From Ignavibacteria bacterium (GTDB lineage: Bacteria > Elusimicrobiota > Endomicrobiia > PHAN01), in the NCBI GenBank assembly GCA_041694835.1, contig JBGFRZ010000082.1, forward strand, positions 1 through 64,000: DNA of 64,000 nucleotides, written 5' to 3'. A program made the position numbers and the translations under genes. Each line of letters opens with the position of its first letter. The first letter of the stretch is position 1. The notes under the pieces are model-generated. The model made no database searches and had not been told where the DNA came from. It was given only the letters and a program-made list of their open reading frames with translations. This document shows positions 7,654 through 19,096 of the stretch, one piece after another.

Positions 7654-9765
7654 ATGTTTAATTTTACTTTAATAAATTTTTATCTGAAAAAATATAGATT
7701 TATTTTAATAGCCTTGTTGTTTATATCGCCGCTGGCGGCTACCGCCTACATAAACAGCATTATAAAAGAACTGCCACCGATAGAAACCATTCAAACCTAC
7801 ACGCCTGCGCTTGCAACAAAAGTTTACGACAGAAACAAAAACCTTATATGCGAACTTTTCACGGAAAAGAGGCGGCTTATATCTCTCGGTGAAATATCGG
7901 AACACATTAAAAAAGCCATAATAGCCACAGAAGACACCGATTTCTACAAGCACTACGGCTTTAGCCCACGCGGCATAATAAGAGCGGCAGTAAATAATAT
8001 CCTGCATAGAAGAAAACGGGGGATACAAGGCGGTTCAACCCTGACCCAACAGCTTTCAAAAGCGATATTCTTAAGCCGCGAAAGAACCATAAACAGAAAA
8101 ATAAGAGAGTTGCTTATGGCGGTACAGCTCGAAAGAAATCTTTCGAAAGACGAGATATTGGAGCTGTATTTCAATCAGATTTACTTCGGGTCTGGCGCTT
8201 ACGGGATAGAAGCCGCCTCTAGGATGTATTTCGCTAAATCCCCGGGAGAACTGAACCTCGCCGAAGCCGCGCTTCTTGCCGGGATTGTGAAGGCGCCGAA
8301 TTACTACTCTCCGTTCACAAACATCGAAAGGGCAAAGTCAAGAAGAGCCACGGTTCTTTCAAGGATGAAACGCGTCGGATTCATAAGCGATGAAGAGAAA
8401 AAAGAAGCCAACCTCGAGGCGGTGCCTGCGGAAAAAACCCCCATCTATTCAAACATCGGTTCTTACTTCGTCGAGTATATAAGAATCCAGCTTGAGCCGA
8501 TATTGGGCGACGGCATGATATACAAGGGCGGGCTTTCTATATACACAACGCTCGACCTTGAACTTCAGGCGGCGGCGGAAGAAGCATTTGATTCAAATAT
8601 GAAACTTCTTGAAAACGAACCCAAGATAAAAAAGAATCTTTTGGTAAACGGTTCGACAAATACCCTACAGGGAGCGCTTCTTGCAACAGATATAAAAACA
8701 GGTGAAATCCTTGCTATGATAGGTGGAAGAAACTTTAAAATTTCCCAGTTCAACAGAGCTACTCAGGCGTTCAGACAGCCGGGTTCAAGCTTCAAGCCGA
8801 TAATCTACACCGCCGCGATCGAAAGCGGATTCAAAGCCACGAGTATCCTCGACGATGCCCCACTTGTGTATCTCAACGACGGAAGGGACTGGTATCTCGC
8901 TTCAAGAACAACGGACTTTCTTTCGACGCTTGATGAAAAAACTTTAGATGACCCCATGAAGGTGTGGGTTCCCCAGAACTACAAGAGAAGATACCACAGC
9001 ATAGTCACTTTCAGGCAGGCGTTGGAACAGTCGTTAAACTCGGTGTCCATAAGAATCCTTGAGACGGTGACCCCGAATACAGCCATAACCTACGCGGGGA
9101 AAATGGGCATAACCTCGCCTCTTACGAACACCCTCTCGCTTGCTCTGGGTGCAAGCGACGTGACATTATACGAGATGACACGTGCGTTTGGGACATTCGG
9201 AAATTACGGAATAAAAACGAAGCCTTTCGCTATAAGAAAAGTAGAAGACAAGACCGGGATAAAGATAATCGAAAATATGCCCGAAGAAGAGGAGGTGCTT
9301 TCAGCCGCAACATGCTTCATTATGACTCACATAATGAAAGGCGTTATAGAAAGAGGGACGGCGAAAGTCATAGGGGGCGTGGAAACGGATGCCGCCGGAA
9401 AAACCGGAACGACCAATGATAACACCGATGCATGGTTTATAGGCTACACCCCCGAAATCTCATGCGGAATCTGGATAGGTTTCGACGATAAAACCCCCAT
9501 GGGAGAAGGAATGACGGGTGGAAGGATGGCCGCTCCAATTTGGCGCGACTTCATAAAAAAAATTCCAAAGACGACGACGGAATTTTCCGTTCCAAAGAGG
9601 GTTGTTTTTAAGATGATAGATCCGACAACGGGACTTCTCGCCGAAGATGGCAACACAAAAGCGTACGCGGAAGCATTCATATCCGGGACCGAACCAAGCG
9701 AATTTGCGGAGGGGCTTTCAACCTACCAGTTAAAGGAAATAAAAGATGACTCCGAGGGTTTTTAA
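7654..9765 (+). CDS. Class A penicillin-binding protein 1A
   Basis: N-terminal TM; transglycosylase EDTDFYKH and GGSTLTQQ; transpeptidase SSFK, SLN, KTG. Confidence 0.95.
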   Translation: MFNFTLINFYLKKYRFILIALLFISPLAATAYINSIIKELPPIETIQTYTPALATKVYDRNKNLICELFTEKRRLISLGEISEHIKKAIIATEDTDFYKHYGFSPRGIIRAAVNNILHRRKRGIQGGSTLTQQLSKAIFLSRERTINRKIRELLMAVQLERNLSKDEILELYFNQIYFGSGAYGIEAASRMYFAKSPGELNLAEAALLAGIVKAPNYYSPFTNIERAKSRRATVLSRMKRVGFISDEEKKEANLEAVPAEKTPIYSNIGSYFVEYIRIQLEPILGDGMIYKGGLSIYTTLDLELQAAAEEAFDSNMKLLENEPKIKKNLLVNGSTNTLQGALLATDIKTGEILAMIGGRNFKISQFNRATQAFRQPGSSFKPIIYTAAIESGFKATSILDDAPLVYLNDGRDWYLASRTTDFLSTLDEKTLDDPMKVWVPQNYKRRYHSIVTFRQALEQSLNSVSIRILETVTPNTAITYAGKMGITSPLTNTLSLALGASDVTLYEMTRAFGTFGNYGIKTKPFAIRKVEDKTGIKIIENMPEEEEVLSAATCFIMTHIMKGVIERGTAKVIGGVETDAAGKTGTTNDNTDAWFIGYTPEISCGIWIGFDDKTPMGEGMTGGRMAAPIWRDFIKKIPKTTTEFSVPKRVVFKMIDPTTGLLAEDGNTKAYAEAFISGTEPSEFAEGLSTYQLKEIKDDSEGF

Positions 9766-9834
9766 CAAGGGAATTAAAAAATCTGACATATAATTATAAA
9801 AAAAACTTCTGCACCAAAGATAGCATGACAAAAA

Positions 9835-10830
9835 TCACAGAACCGAGCCAGCGCGACAAAGTCTATCGTTTATCGTCCTGCCAATTCCTCTGTCGGCGAC
9901 TTTCATAGCGACGATGGAATCGACTTTTTCGGCGTCAAACCGTCTGAAACAACTGTAGAGTTTCCTCGACAATTCGTCTAAAGTCGAATATGTTCTGAAA
10001 TAAAATTCGCCATTTTTAAACCTTTCGAAGATTTTCAAATACTTTTTGTTTATTAAAACCCCGATTTTCCCGCTTCCGCACTTTAAAATAAATTCCGTCA
10101 TGCTATCAAAATTGTCGAAAACATAGAGGGATGTTTGGGGACTGTAATGTCTTTCATACATCCCCGGGGCAAGAATCTTTTTTGCACCCACTTTAACCGA
10201 AATTTTCATACCAAGAGTTTTTTCGATGTCTTCAACCGTGACGGCTCCGAACCTGAGAATCAAGGGTATTTTTTTCGTCACGTCGATTATCGTCGATTCG
10301 AGACCGTGCTTTGTTCTGCCGCCGGGGAGAGTAAAATCGATATCGCTTTCTTTTGAAAAATCTTCTTTTACATGATTAAACTCAGTAGCGCTGACAAAGC
10401 CAAAAACATTGGCGCTCGGCGCCGCTATTGGCGTTCCCGACATCTTTATAAGTTCGAGAGCGATTTTATCAGAAGGCATCCTGACCGCCACGGTGTCAAG
10501 CCCGGAGGTCACAACATCCGGAATTTTCTTTTTTTTTCTGAAAATAAGCGTGAGAGGTCCAGGCCAGAATCTTTTGATGAGTTTGTTCGCAGCTGAAGGA
10601 ATTTTTTTTGTAATATCATCAAGCATGCTTTCGTCGGATATGTGCACTATCAGAGGATTTTCCGATGGTCTTTTTTTTATCTCGAATATTTTTTTGCACG
10701 CTCTTTCGTTAAAGACGTTCGCTCCTATTCCGTAGACGGTTTCAGTGGGAAAAACAACGACCCCTCCTTTTTTAATGATGTTTGCGGCGGTTTTTATCTT
10801 TTTGCTTATGTCTTTTTTAATCGGTCGCAT
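9835..10830 (-). CDS. tsaC: L-threonylcarbamoyladenylate synthase (SUA5-type)
   Basis: FPTETVYG, KKRPSENPLIVH, APSAN, PGMYERHYSP and C-terminal SUA5 domain; start set at ATG 10830. Confidence 0.92.
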   Translation of the reverse strand: MRPIKKDISKKIKTAANIIKKGGVVVFPTETVYGIGANVFNERACKKIFEIKKRPSENPLIVHISDESMLDDITKKIPSAANKLIKRFWPGPLTLIFRKKKKIPDVVTSGLDTVAVRMPSDKIALELIKMSGTPIAAPSANVFGFVSATEFNHVKEDFSKESDIDFTLPGGRTKHGLESTIIDVTKKIPLILRFGAVTVEDIEKTLGMKISVKVGAKKILAPGMYERHYSPQTSLYVFDNFDSMTEFILKCGSGKIGVLINKKYLKIFERFKNGEFYFRTYSTLDELSRKLYSCFRRFDAEKVDSIVAMKVADRGIGRTINDRLCRAGSVL

Positions 10831-11968
10831 GTTTTGAGACGGATGAGACAAACTTGTCGTATTCCGCTTTTGATTGGAGGGCGTCTTTGGTGTATTTACA
10901 GCCTGGACTCCACAGGAGCCACTGATAAACCCCCGAATCGTAGCATGCCTGTATCTGAGCCCTTACTTCTTTCGGACCATATTTGTGGCCGAGAGAAAAA
11001 TCCTGAAGATACGGCCTCAATTTTTTCTTCATATCGCCGAGACGACGGGACGCTCCTGATATGCTTATATATACGGTTTCGTAAGGATGGGCGTTGGGAT
11101 TGTCTATGCCGTATTCCCCTTTGTTGTAGTGAGACGGATAAACCATCGGGCAGACGGCATCTATGACTTCCGACATCTCGACTATCCTCTGGCCTATGCC
11201 CATGTCGTGGTTTGCCGTCGTAGTAAGCCCAAAAACGCAGATTGAAATATCAACGCCGAGTGGCTTCAGCCTTCTATGTGCCTCTTTCAAAAATCCCTGA
11301 AGAGCTCCGATGGCTGAAATTGAAGAGTGCCTCACCGAATATCTGCAATTTCTGGTGTTGCCGTCGGACGGAAAACGGATGTAATCGAACTGTATCTCGT
11401 CGAAACCGAGCACAGCCGCACGCTCGGCAATTTTTATGTTGTAATCCCACACATCCTTGTTATAGGGATCTGACCATGAAATACCTTTTCTGTCCTGCCA
11501 TACTTCTCCGTCGGGCGTTTTAACAGCCCATGCCGGTTTTTCCTTGGCGGTTTTGTCATCTTTGAAGACAACGATTCTTGCCGAAGTGAAAACCCCTTTC
11601 GATTTTAACTCCTCGAGATATTCCTTTAAATCCGGTATGGCGTTTACGAAGTTGCCAAGTTCATTAACTTCTTTGACGCCCGACACATAAACCTCGCCCT
11701 TGTACTCCTTGATAGCGATGACGGCGGTGTTAAGTTCCGTCTCTTCAAAAAGCGAATTTATCGATGAGCGAAGCCTTTTTGAACCCGCTACCCAACTTGT
11801 CAGATGAATTCCGCGAACATAATCCGGCCTTTCTGCAATCCTCGTGGCCAACTTTTTCGGAGGCTCGATTTCAGCGCGTTTACTGTCGGCTTCAATAATC
11901 AATTTACGGCTTATCAATGCGATTGAAATCGCAACAACAAATAAAAATATTACCAATGTTCTCTTCAT
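10817..11968 (-). CDS. Putative glycoside hydrolase (DUF4015-like TIM barrel), exported
   Basis: N-terminal hydrophobic segment; ARIVVFKD, GFDEIQFDYIRFP, PMVYPSHY. Confidence 0.8.
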   Translation of the reverse strand: MKRTLVIFLFVVAISIALISRKLIIEADSKRAEIEPPKKLATRIAERPDYVRGIHLTSWVAGSKRLRSSINSLFEETELNTAVIAIKEYKGEVYVSGVKEVNELGNFVNAIPDLKEYLEELKSKGVFTSARIVVFKDDKTAKEKPAWAVKTPDGEVWQDRKGISWSDPYNKDVWDYNIKIAERAAVLGFDEIQFDYIRFPSDGNTRNCRYSVRHSSISAIGALQGFLKEAHRRLKPLGVDISICVFGLTTTANHDMGIGQRIVEMSEVIDAVCPMVYPSHYNKGEYGIDNPNAHPYETVYISISGASRRLGDMKKKLRPYLQDFSLGHKYGPKEVRAQIQACYDSGVYQWLLWSPGCKYTKDALQSKAEYDKFVSSVSKHATD

Positions 11969-13020
11969 AATTCTATGAAATCGACGGCAGGCAGTCGGGT
12001 TATATTAAAATTATAGGGGCGATGGAAAACGCCTTTTTCAGTTATAATCGCTGTAATAAACTTAGCGGGTGTAACATCGAAAGCCGGATGAAGCGCCGGG
12101 GCGCCGACAGGTGCTATCGACTTTCCGCCGATATAAACGACCTCTTCAGGCGCCCTTTGTTCTATAGGTATTTCCTTCCCGCTTTTTTTTGAAAAGTCTA
12201 TGCTTGAAGAAGGAGCAGCTACATAAAAAGGTATTCTGTGATATTTCGCCAAAACAGCTAGCGCATAAGTCCCAATTTTATTTGCGGCATCGCCGTTGGC
12301 GGTTATTCTGTCGGCACCGACTATAACCGCGTCTATCTCGCCCCTCGACATATAATAACCCGGCATATTGTCGGTTATCAGAAAATATGGTATTTTTTCC
12401 TCTTTCAGTTCCCATGCCGTCAGACGGGCGCCCTGAAGATAGGGGCGGGTTTCATCGACGAAAACACTTTTTATTTTTCCGTCTTTGAAAGCCCTTCTTA
12501 TAATTCCGAGCGCCGTTCCATATCCGGCGGTGGCCAAAGCCCCGGCGTTGCAGTGAGTCAGAACATTCGATTTTTTTCTAAAAAGCGCGGCGCCAAAAGC
12601 TCCTATTTTTTTATTCATCGCAATATCTTCATTGAATATGTCATTCGCTTCGGACAGCAGCTTTTCCCTCATCTCCGTAATCCCTGATCCGACGACATTA
12701 TTCGCCACCATTTTCATCCTCTCCACCGCCCAGGCAACATTAACCGCCGTAGGTCTTGTGGCGGCGAGAATATCTCCGATTTTTTTTATATGCTCTCGCA
12801 TGGTGCGAGCGTCTTTTTTTTTGCAGGTCAGGAAACCCATATAAAATCCGTAAGCCGCAGCGCAACCTATCGCGGGGGCACCCCTTATAACCATTTCTTT
12901 GATAGCGTTCGCCACCTTCTTATGATTGTCGCAAACTACATATCTGATTTTATGCGGCAGGTTCTTCTGGTCGAGAATGTATAATTTGTTGCTTTTGAAA
13001 TACATCGTTCTGGTTTTCAT
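11965..13020 (-). CDS. mtnA: S-methyl-5-thioribose-1-phosphate isomerase
   Basis: IRGAPAIG, TRPTAVN, THCNAGALAT, ETRPYLQGARLT, NKIGTY. Confidence 0.95.
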   Translation of the reverse strand: MKTRTMYFKSNKLYILDQKNLPHKIRYVVCDNHKKVANAIKEMVIRGAPAIGCAAAYGFYMGFLTCKKKDARTMREHIKKIGDILAATRPTAVNVAWAVERMKMVANNVVGSGITEMREKLLSEANDIFNEDIAMNKKIGAFGAALFRKKSNVLTHCNAGALATAGYGTALGIIRRAFKDGKIKSVFVDETRPYLQGARLTAWELKEEKIPYFLITDNMPGYYMSRGEIDAVIVGADRITANGDAANKIGTYALAVLAKYHRIPFYVAAPSSSIDFSKKSGKEIPIEQRAPEEVVYIGGKSIAPVGAPALHPAFDVTPAKFITAIITEKGVFHRPYNFNITRLPAVDFIEL

Positions 13021-13120
13021 ATCAATAATTTAGCGATGAAGAGTCGGAGAGTTTACAAGTTTAGTGGTTGGAACGTTTCTGAAATTCCTGAACCGCACCG
13101 CACTTAAACCCGATATTTTT

Positions 13121-13384
13121 TCACGGGATCCTGTCAAGCACCTCTCTCAATTTTTCTTCGCAGTGGTCGCATATTTCAATTGTCTTTTCGCGGCCTCGCC
13201 CCCCCTTTCTCAAGAATACAGAATTCCTTCCTATCTCAAAAAAGTCAGCGAGAAAATCCAGGAGGAGCTGGTTCGTTGTCCCGGAAAAGGTGTTGCACAT
13301 AAGATTCACTTTAAGAATAGTTCCTATTCTCGATATGACCTCGTTTCTTTTGGCGTTGGGTATAACCCTTACTTTTATCATCAT
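13121..13384 (-). CDS. DUF167/YggU family protein
   Basis: IKVRVIPNAKRNE...G..N..L..FLA...G...REK pattern; follows yggS-proC; GGAGG upstream. Confidence 0.75.
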   Translation of the reverse strand: MMIKVRVIPNAKRNEVISRIGTILKVNLMCNTFSGTTNQLLLDFLADFFEIGRNSVFLRKGGRGREKTIEICDHCEEKLREVLDRIP

Positions 13385-13404
13385 AACTCAACACCTCCAT
13401 TCTT

Positions 13405-13720
13405 ACCCCGTTAGAAATATTCTATGATTGTCCCGCCACTTGCTCATCTGTCGCCGGACACACCTTTCGGTGTACAAGCATGTGGTTGGATTGTCCTTTG
13501 GTCTAATTCTGTTATTCATTATGAGATTATTGAAAAACCCATCTTTTTCACTTAAAGAGCAGTTTCTTAACGGTTAAAAGTTTCAATCAGACCGCAAAAC
13601 TCCTCGCTTTGCTCGTCAGACATTGCGGTCTAAACGATTTCAACTTTTAACCTAAAACTGCCAAATCGTTCAAAAGATTAAGGTTTTTCAACGAGCTCAT
13701 TATGTAATTTCTAACGGGGT
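13405..13720. mobile_element. MITE family C, inserted at proC stop codon and containing a family A copy
   Basis: Perfect 14-bp TIR ACCCCGTTAGAAAT / ATTTCTAACGGGGT, flanked by TT on both sides. Confidence 0.85.
13523..13698. mobile_element. MITE family A, copy 2 (176 bp, inverted)
   Basis: Reverse complement of copy 1; duplication ATTAT at 13518-22 and 13699-703. Confidence 0.9.
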
Positions 13721-14518
13721 TTACTTCGACAGTTCGCCCGCTCTCTTTTCCGCCTTAAAAATGGCCTCAAGAAGAATTTCTTTAAACTTTTTTTCGCTCA
13801 GATGCTTAAATGCCGCTGCCGTCGTTCCCCCCGGAGAAGTGACAGCATCCCTCAAGACCTCTGGAGCTTTGTCCGTTTTTAAAAGCATCTCCGAAGAGCC
13901 CTTTATGACGCGATAAACAAGCGTGCGCGATATTTTTTCGTCTAATCCCATCTTTTTTGCGGCTTTGAGCATTATTTCGGCGATATAGAAAATATACGCC
14001 GGTCCTGAACCGGAAAATGCCGTGACAGCATTCATCAATTGCTCATCAACCCTCAATATCACTGCCGATTTTCCAAGAATTTTATTCAGTAAATCCAAAT
14101 CAGATTTTTTTACATCTTTACCGTGCGAATAACAAACTACGCCGGCGCCGACAATAAGCGGGGTGTTCGGCATCGTCCTTACAACCCTTGAGCAACCAAG
14201 TTTACTTTCTATAAATTTTATCGTAATTCCCGCCGCGATCGATATAAACAAATGATTTTCACCGATGTGATTTTTTATTTCATCCAACAAACCTTCAAAC
14301 TGCTGCGGCTTAACGCACAAAAAAACAACTTCAGAATTTTTCACAGCGGCGATGTTGTTTTTTTCAGTATTTACCTCAAATCTTTTTTTTATATAACGGA
14401 GCCGGCTACTCCTCGTATCGGTCGCTATAATGTTTTTTGGGGATATGCCGCTCGACAAAGAAGCCGAGATGAGCGCTTCGGCCATATTCCCCGAACCCAA
14501 AAAACATATTTTTTTCAT
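13721..14518 (-). CDS. proC: Pyrroline-5-carboxylate reductase
   Basis: FLGSGNMA, RTMPNTP, SGSGPAY, VTSPGGTT. Confidence 0.95.
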   Translation of the reverse strand: MKKICFLGSGNMAEALISASLSSGISPKNIIATDTRSSRLRYIKKRFEVNTEKNNIAAVKNSEVVFLCVKPQQFEGLLDEIKNHIGENHLFISIAAGITIKFIESKLGCSRVVRTMPNTPLIVGAGVVCYSHGKDVKKSDLDLLNKILGKSAVILRVDEQLMNAVTAFSGSGPAYIFYIAEIMLKAAKKMGLDEKISRTLVYRVIKGSSEMLLKTDKAPEVLRDAVTSPGGTTAAAFKHLSEKKFKEILLEAIFKAEKRAGELSK

Positions 14519-14524
14519 AAACTT

Positions 14525-15214
14525 TTAAGAAAATATCGCTGTGCCGAGTCTGACCATGTTAGAGCCCTCTTCCACCGCCACCTCAAAGTCATTGGACATT
14601 CCCATCGACAAAATTGGGGATGATGAGTAGGGATTGGGGGATGGAAAAAACGAATAAAACTTTTCATGGTTTTCTTTCGCCCGACGGAAATATGGTCTTG
14701 CGAGCTCCGGGTCGTCGAAAAAAGGGGCCATGGTCATTATTCCTAAAATTCTTATGCTGCTTAATTTGGACACCTGCTTGATAACTCCGCCCAAGTCGTC
14801 CGGATGGAAACCATATTTCGATTCTTCCTCGGAAACTCTGACTTCCAGGAGGCAGTCCTGCGTCTTGTTTGCTTCTTGTGAGTGTTTGTTTATCTCAATG
14901 GCCAATCGCATGCTGTCGAGCGATTGAATTAAATTAAACATTTCCACGGCTTTTTTCGATTTATTTGTTTGAAGGTGGCCTATCAAATGCCATGTGAGAT
15001 TATGGTTTTTAAGTCCGGTGTATTTTTCTCGGGCTTCCTGCACACGGCTTTCACCTATATCGGTTATGCCATTTTGGATGGCTTCTTTTATTTTTTGAGG
15101 AGGGATGTTTTTTGTCACACAGACGAGCTTTATATCGGAAGGATTTCTACCCGATTTTTCAGCCGAGCGCGATATTCTTCTTTTTATATCTTCGATTTTT
15201 TCCTTTACAGACAT
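14525..15214 (-). CDS. yggS: PLP homeostasis protein YggS
   Basis: VCVTK, GESRVQE, WHLIGHLQTNK, LSMGMSND, VRLGTAIF. Confidence 0.95.
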   Translation of the reverse strand: MSVKEKIEDIKRRISRSAEKSGRNPSDIKLVCVTKNIPPQKIKEAIQNGITDIGESRVQEAREKYTGLKNHNLTWHLIGHLQTNKSKKAVEMFNLIQSLDSMRLAIEINKHSQEANKTQDCLLEVRVSEEESKYGFHPDDLGGVIKQVSKLSSIRILGIMTMAPFFDDPELARPYFRRAKENHEKFYSFFPSPNPYSSSPILSMGMSNDFEVAVEEGSNMVRLGTAIFS

Positions 15215-15223
15215 AAAATTTCA

Positions 15224-15600
15224 GGGTCTTCTCCACTTTTTGTTGTGCGTATAAAAACAAAGTGTTTGAGCGGGTTTAATCAAGTGTGAACACTTGATTG
15301 CCCCGCAGTCCCGATTTATCGGGACGAGAATGAGCGAAAATACTTTGTTTTTACATCATGAGCTCGTTGAAAAACCTTAATTTTTTGAACGATTTGGCAG
15401 TTTTAGGTTAAAAGTTGAAATCGTTTAGACCGCAATGTCCGACGAGCAAAGCGAGGAGTTTTGCGGTCTGATTGAAACTTTTAACCGTTAAGAAACTGCC
15501 CTTTAAGTGAAAAAGATGGGTTTTTCAATAATCTCATCATACATTATAGCGGTATTGCAAAATCCTTACCCAATGTTACAACAACATTTGGAGAAGAGCC
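15224..15600. mobile_element. MITE family B, copy 2, interrupted by family A copy 3
   Basis: TIR GGGTCTTCTCCA / TGGAGAAGAGCC; flanks AAATTTCA / AAATTATA (6/8). Confidence 0.85.
15360..15535. mobile_element. MITE family A, copy 3 (176 bp)
   Basis: TIR GAGCTCGTTGAAAAACC / GGTTTTTCAATAATCTC; duplication ATCAT at 15355-59 and 15536-40. Confidence 0.9.
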
Positions 15601-15615
15601 AAATTATACTATTAT

Positions 15616-15909
15616 GAGCTCGTTGACGCTTCACTAAAACTCATCAATCACTTTTTTTAGACGCAGCTCAATGCCGATGTTGACAAGATTGACATATCTA
15701 CCAAATCTGCGAAAATCTGCGTCCTAAAAAGTAATTGAACGCAGATGAAAAAAGATTTGAACCACGAAAGCGCGAAAACACGAAAATACTTGTAAAGAAT
15801 TTTGTGATTTCTAATTTTCGTGATTTCGTGGTAAAGTTTTTAATCTATGACAATCCTGTAAATCTGCGTCCTATTTCTACTCCCGCGGCGTGGGTTTTTC
15901 AACAACCTC
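15616..15909. mobile_element. MITE family D (A-type ends) with nested inverted-repeat modules
   Basis: Ends GAGCTCGTTGA / TCAACAACCTC; duplication ATTAT at 15611-15 and 15910-14; internal ACGCAGAT..ATCTGCGT and ACCACGAAA..TTTCGTGGT pairs. Confidence 0.75.
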
Positions 15910-15929
15910 ATTATATCAAATTTCGAGAG

Positions 15930-15965
15930 AAAAAAAAAGCCCCGCACCGATAAGGCGCGGGGCTT
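15930..15965 (-). terminator. Rho-independent terminator of groESL
   Basis: Minus strand AAGCCCCGCGCC-TTATC-GGTGCGGGGCTT followed by a T run. Confidence 0.9.
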
Positions 15966-15991
15966 AACACTTAAGTTATTACTTCTCTATG

Positions 15992-17620
<1,629 letters not shown>

Positions 17621-17689
17621 TTAAAAAATTTTAGCTCCCATAGATTAACGTTTTAACGATTGTTAAAAAACTCCCAACCAGTCACCGAA

Positions 17690-17983
17690 TTATTTTACAG
17701 TTCCAAGGATATCTTCCTGATTCATTATAAGATATTCAATATCCTCTATCTTAACTTCCGTGCCGGAGTATTTGCCGAAAAGAATCTTGTCTCCGACTTT
17801 TACATCCATAGGAATAAGCTTCCCGTCTTCTGTTCTTTTTCCCGGACCCGCCGCTATGACCTCGCCTTCCTGCGGCTTTTCCTTAGCGGTGTCGGGAATG
17901 ATGATTCCGCCTTTTTTTACCTCTTTTGCTTCCAGGGGTTTCACGAGAACCCTGTCGCCTAATGGTTGGAACTTCATAAGCAT
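17690..17983 (-). CDS. groS: Co-chaperonin GroES
   Basis: [24 protein letters not shown]. Confidence 0.99.
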   Translation of the reverse strand: MLMKFQPLGDRVLVKPLEAKEVKKGGIIIPDTAKEKPQEGEVIAAGPGKRTEDGKLIPMDVKVGDKILFGKYSGTEVKIEDIEYLIMNQEDILGTVK

Positions 17984-18010
17984 TACCTCCTTGTTTTTAT
18001 GGTTTTATAA

Positions 18011-18037
18011 TTAGCACTCTATATTTAGGATTGCTGA
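18011..18037. promoter_or_regulatory. CIRCE element (HrcA operator)
   Basis: TTAGCACTC-N9-GATTGCTGA (2 mismatches to GAGTGCTAA) between promoter and groES. Confidence 0.85.
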
Positions 18038-18066
18038 TTATACAAAAATAGAAAAGGTCTTGTCAA
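18037..18066 (-). promoter_or_regulatory. sigma70 promoter of groESL
   Basis: TTGACA (18066-61), 18 bp, TATAAT (18042-37). Confidence 0.85.
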
Positions 18067-18160
18067 GTCCCTTCAATAATTCATGGAATATCACGAAATG
18101 TGCTCGAAATTTTTTTATGATAATGCCAATTTATCACAGATTTCAACAGGGACAAATCGC

Positions 18161-19078
18161 CTATTTCATTTCACTAGTTTCGAAAAGGCAGGAGGCTTTC
18201 TTTACGGCGGAGGAAGACGCGTAAGGATGAGCCTCTATTATCTTCGTAGTTTCAAAATTCGTATAAGGTAAAAACTGTTTGAAGTCTAATTCACCTTCTC
18301 CGGGCGCGTAGTGGTCTTTCAGCCCTCTGACATCGTGGAGATGGAATCCGAAGATTTTTTCTTTGTACGGCTCCAGGAGTTCTTTATGTGACTCCATAAA
18401 TCCCATTCTTATGAATATCTCGGCATGACCTGTGTCGTACCAAAGACCGAGTTTTTTCGATTTAATTTCGTTGAATATTGTTTCGAATTCTCTAAGCAAG
18501 GGAATTTCGTGATAGAAAAACCTATTTTCAAGAGCTATCTTTATTCCTTTGCTCTCGGCATACTCCACTATTTCTTTAAGCGACTTAATGGCATTCAATA
18601 AATACCTTTCGGCGGATTTCTCTCTGTTGGCCTTGAGCTCTTCTAAATATCTCCGGTAAAGTTGAGATTTAACCCCAAACTCCTGAACGAATCTCCCAAA
18701 ATCTCTTCCGCTCGGCTTTATCATAACCTCTCCCGCATGTATGACTACAACGGGCGCCCCGACTGAGAAAGCCGTGTCTATGGTTTTTTTTGTAAGCTCC
18801 AGGGCAATCTCCCTCTCGCTTTTATCTTCGGATGTTATGAAATAAGGGCTATAAGGGGTCCTCCCGTCGGGTATTTTTCCGACTTTCGGGCAGAAGTTGT
18901 GGATGCTCAAAATTTTACATTCACCTTTGAGCACCGAATTTTTTATGTCGGACAACCATATGGAAGGAATGTCTATATTTAATTCGAAATTATCGTATCC
19001 AAGTCGGGCGGCGTGCTCCAAAAGATTCGTCCAACTTTTAGAAATATCAATAAGGTATGCGGTTGAAATTCCAATCAT
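18161..19078 (-). CDS. Sugar phosphate isomerase/epimerase family (xylose isomerase-like TIM barrel)
   Basis: SIHNF, VIHAG, ALENR, YDTGHA, HLHD, DHYAPGEG. Confidence 0.8.
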   Translation of the reverse strand: MIGISTAYLIDISKSWTNLLEHAARLGYDNFELNIDIPSIWLSDIKNSVLKGECKILSIHNFCPKVGKIPDGRTPYSPYFITSEDKSEREIALELTKKTIDTAFSVGAPVVVIHAGEVMIKPSGRDFGRFVQEFGVKSQLYRRYLEELKANREKSAERYLLNAIKSLKEIVEYAESKGIKIALENRFFYHEIPLLREFETIFNEIKSKKLGLWYDTGHAEIFIRMGFMESHKELLEPYKEKIFGFHLHDVRGLKDHYAPGEGELDFKQFLPYTNFETTKIIEAHPYASSSAVKKASCLFETSEMK

Positions 19079-19096
19079 AAAACTAATTGGCGGGAT

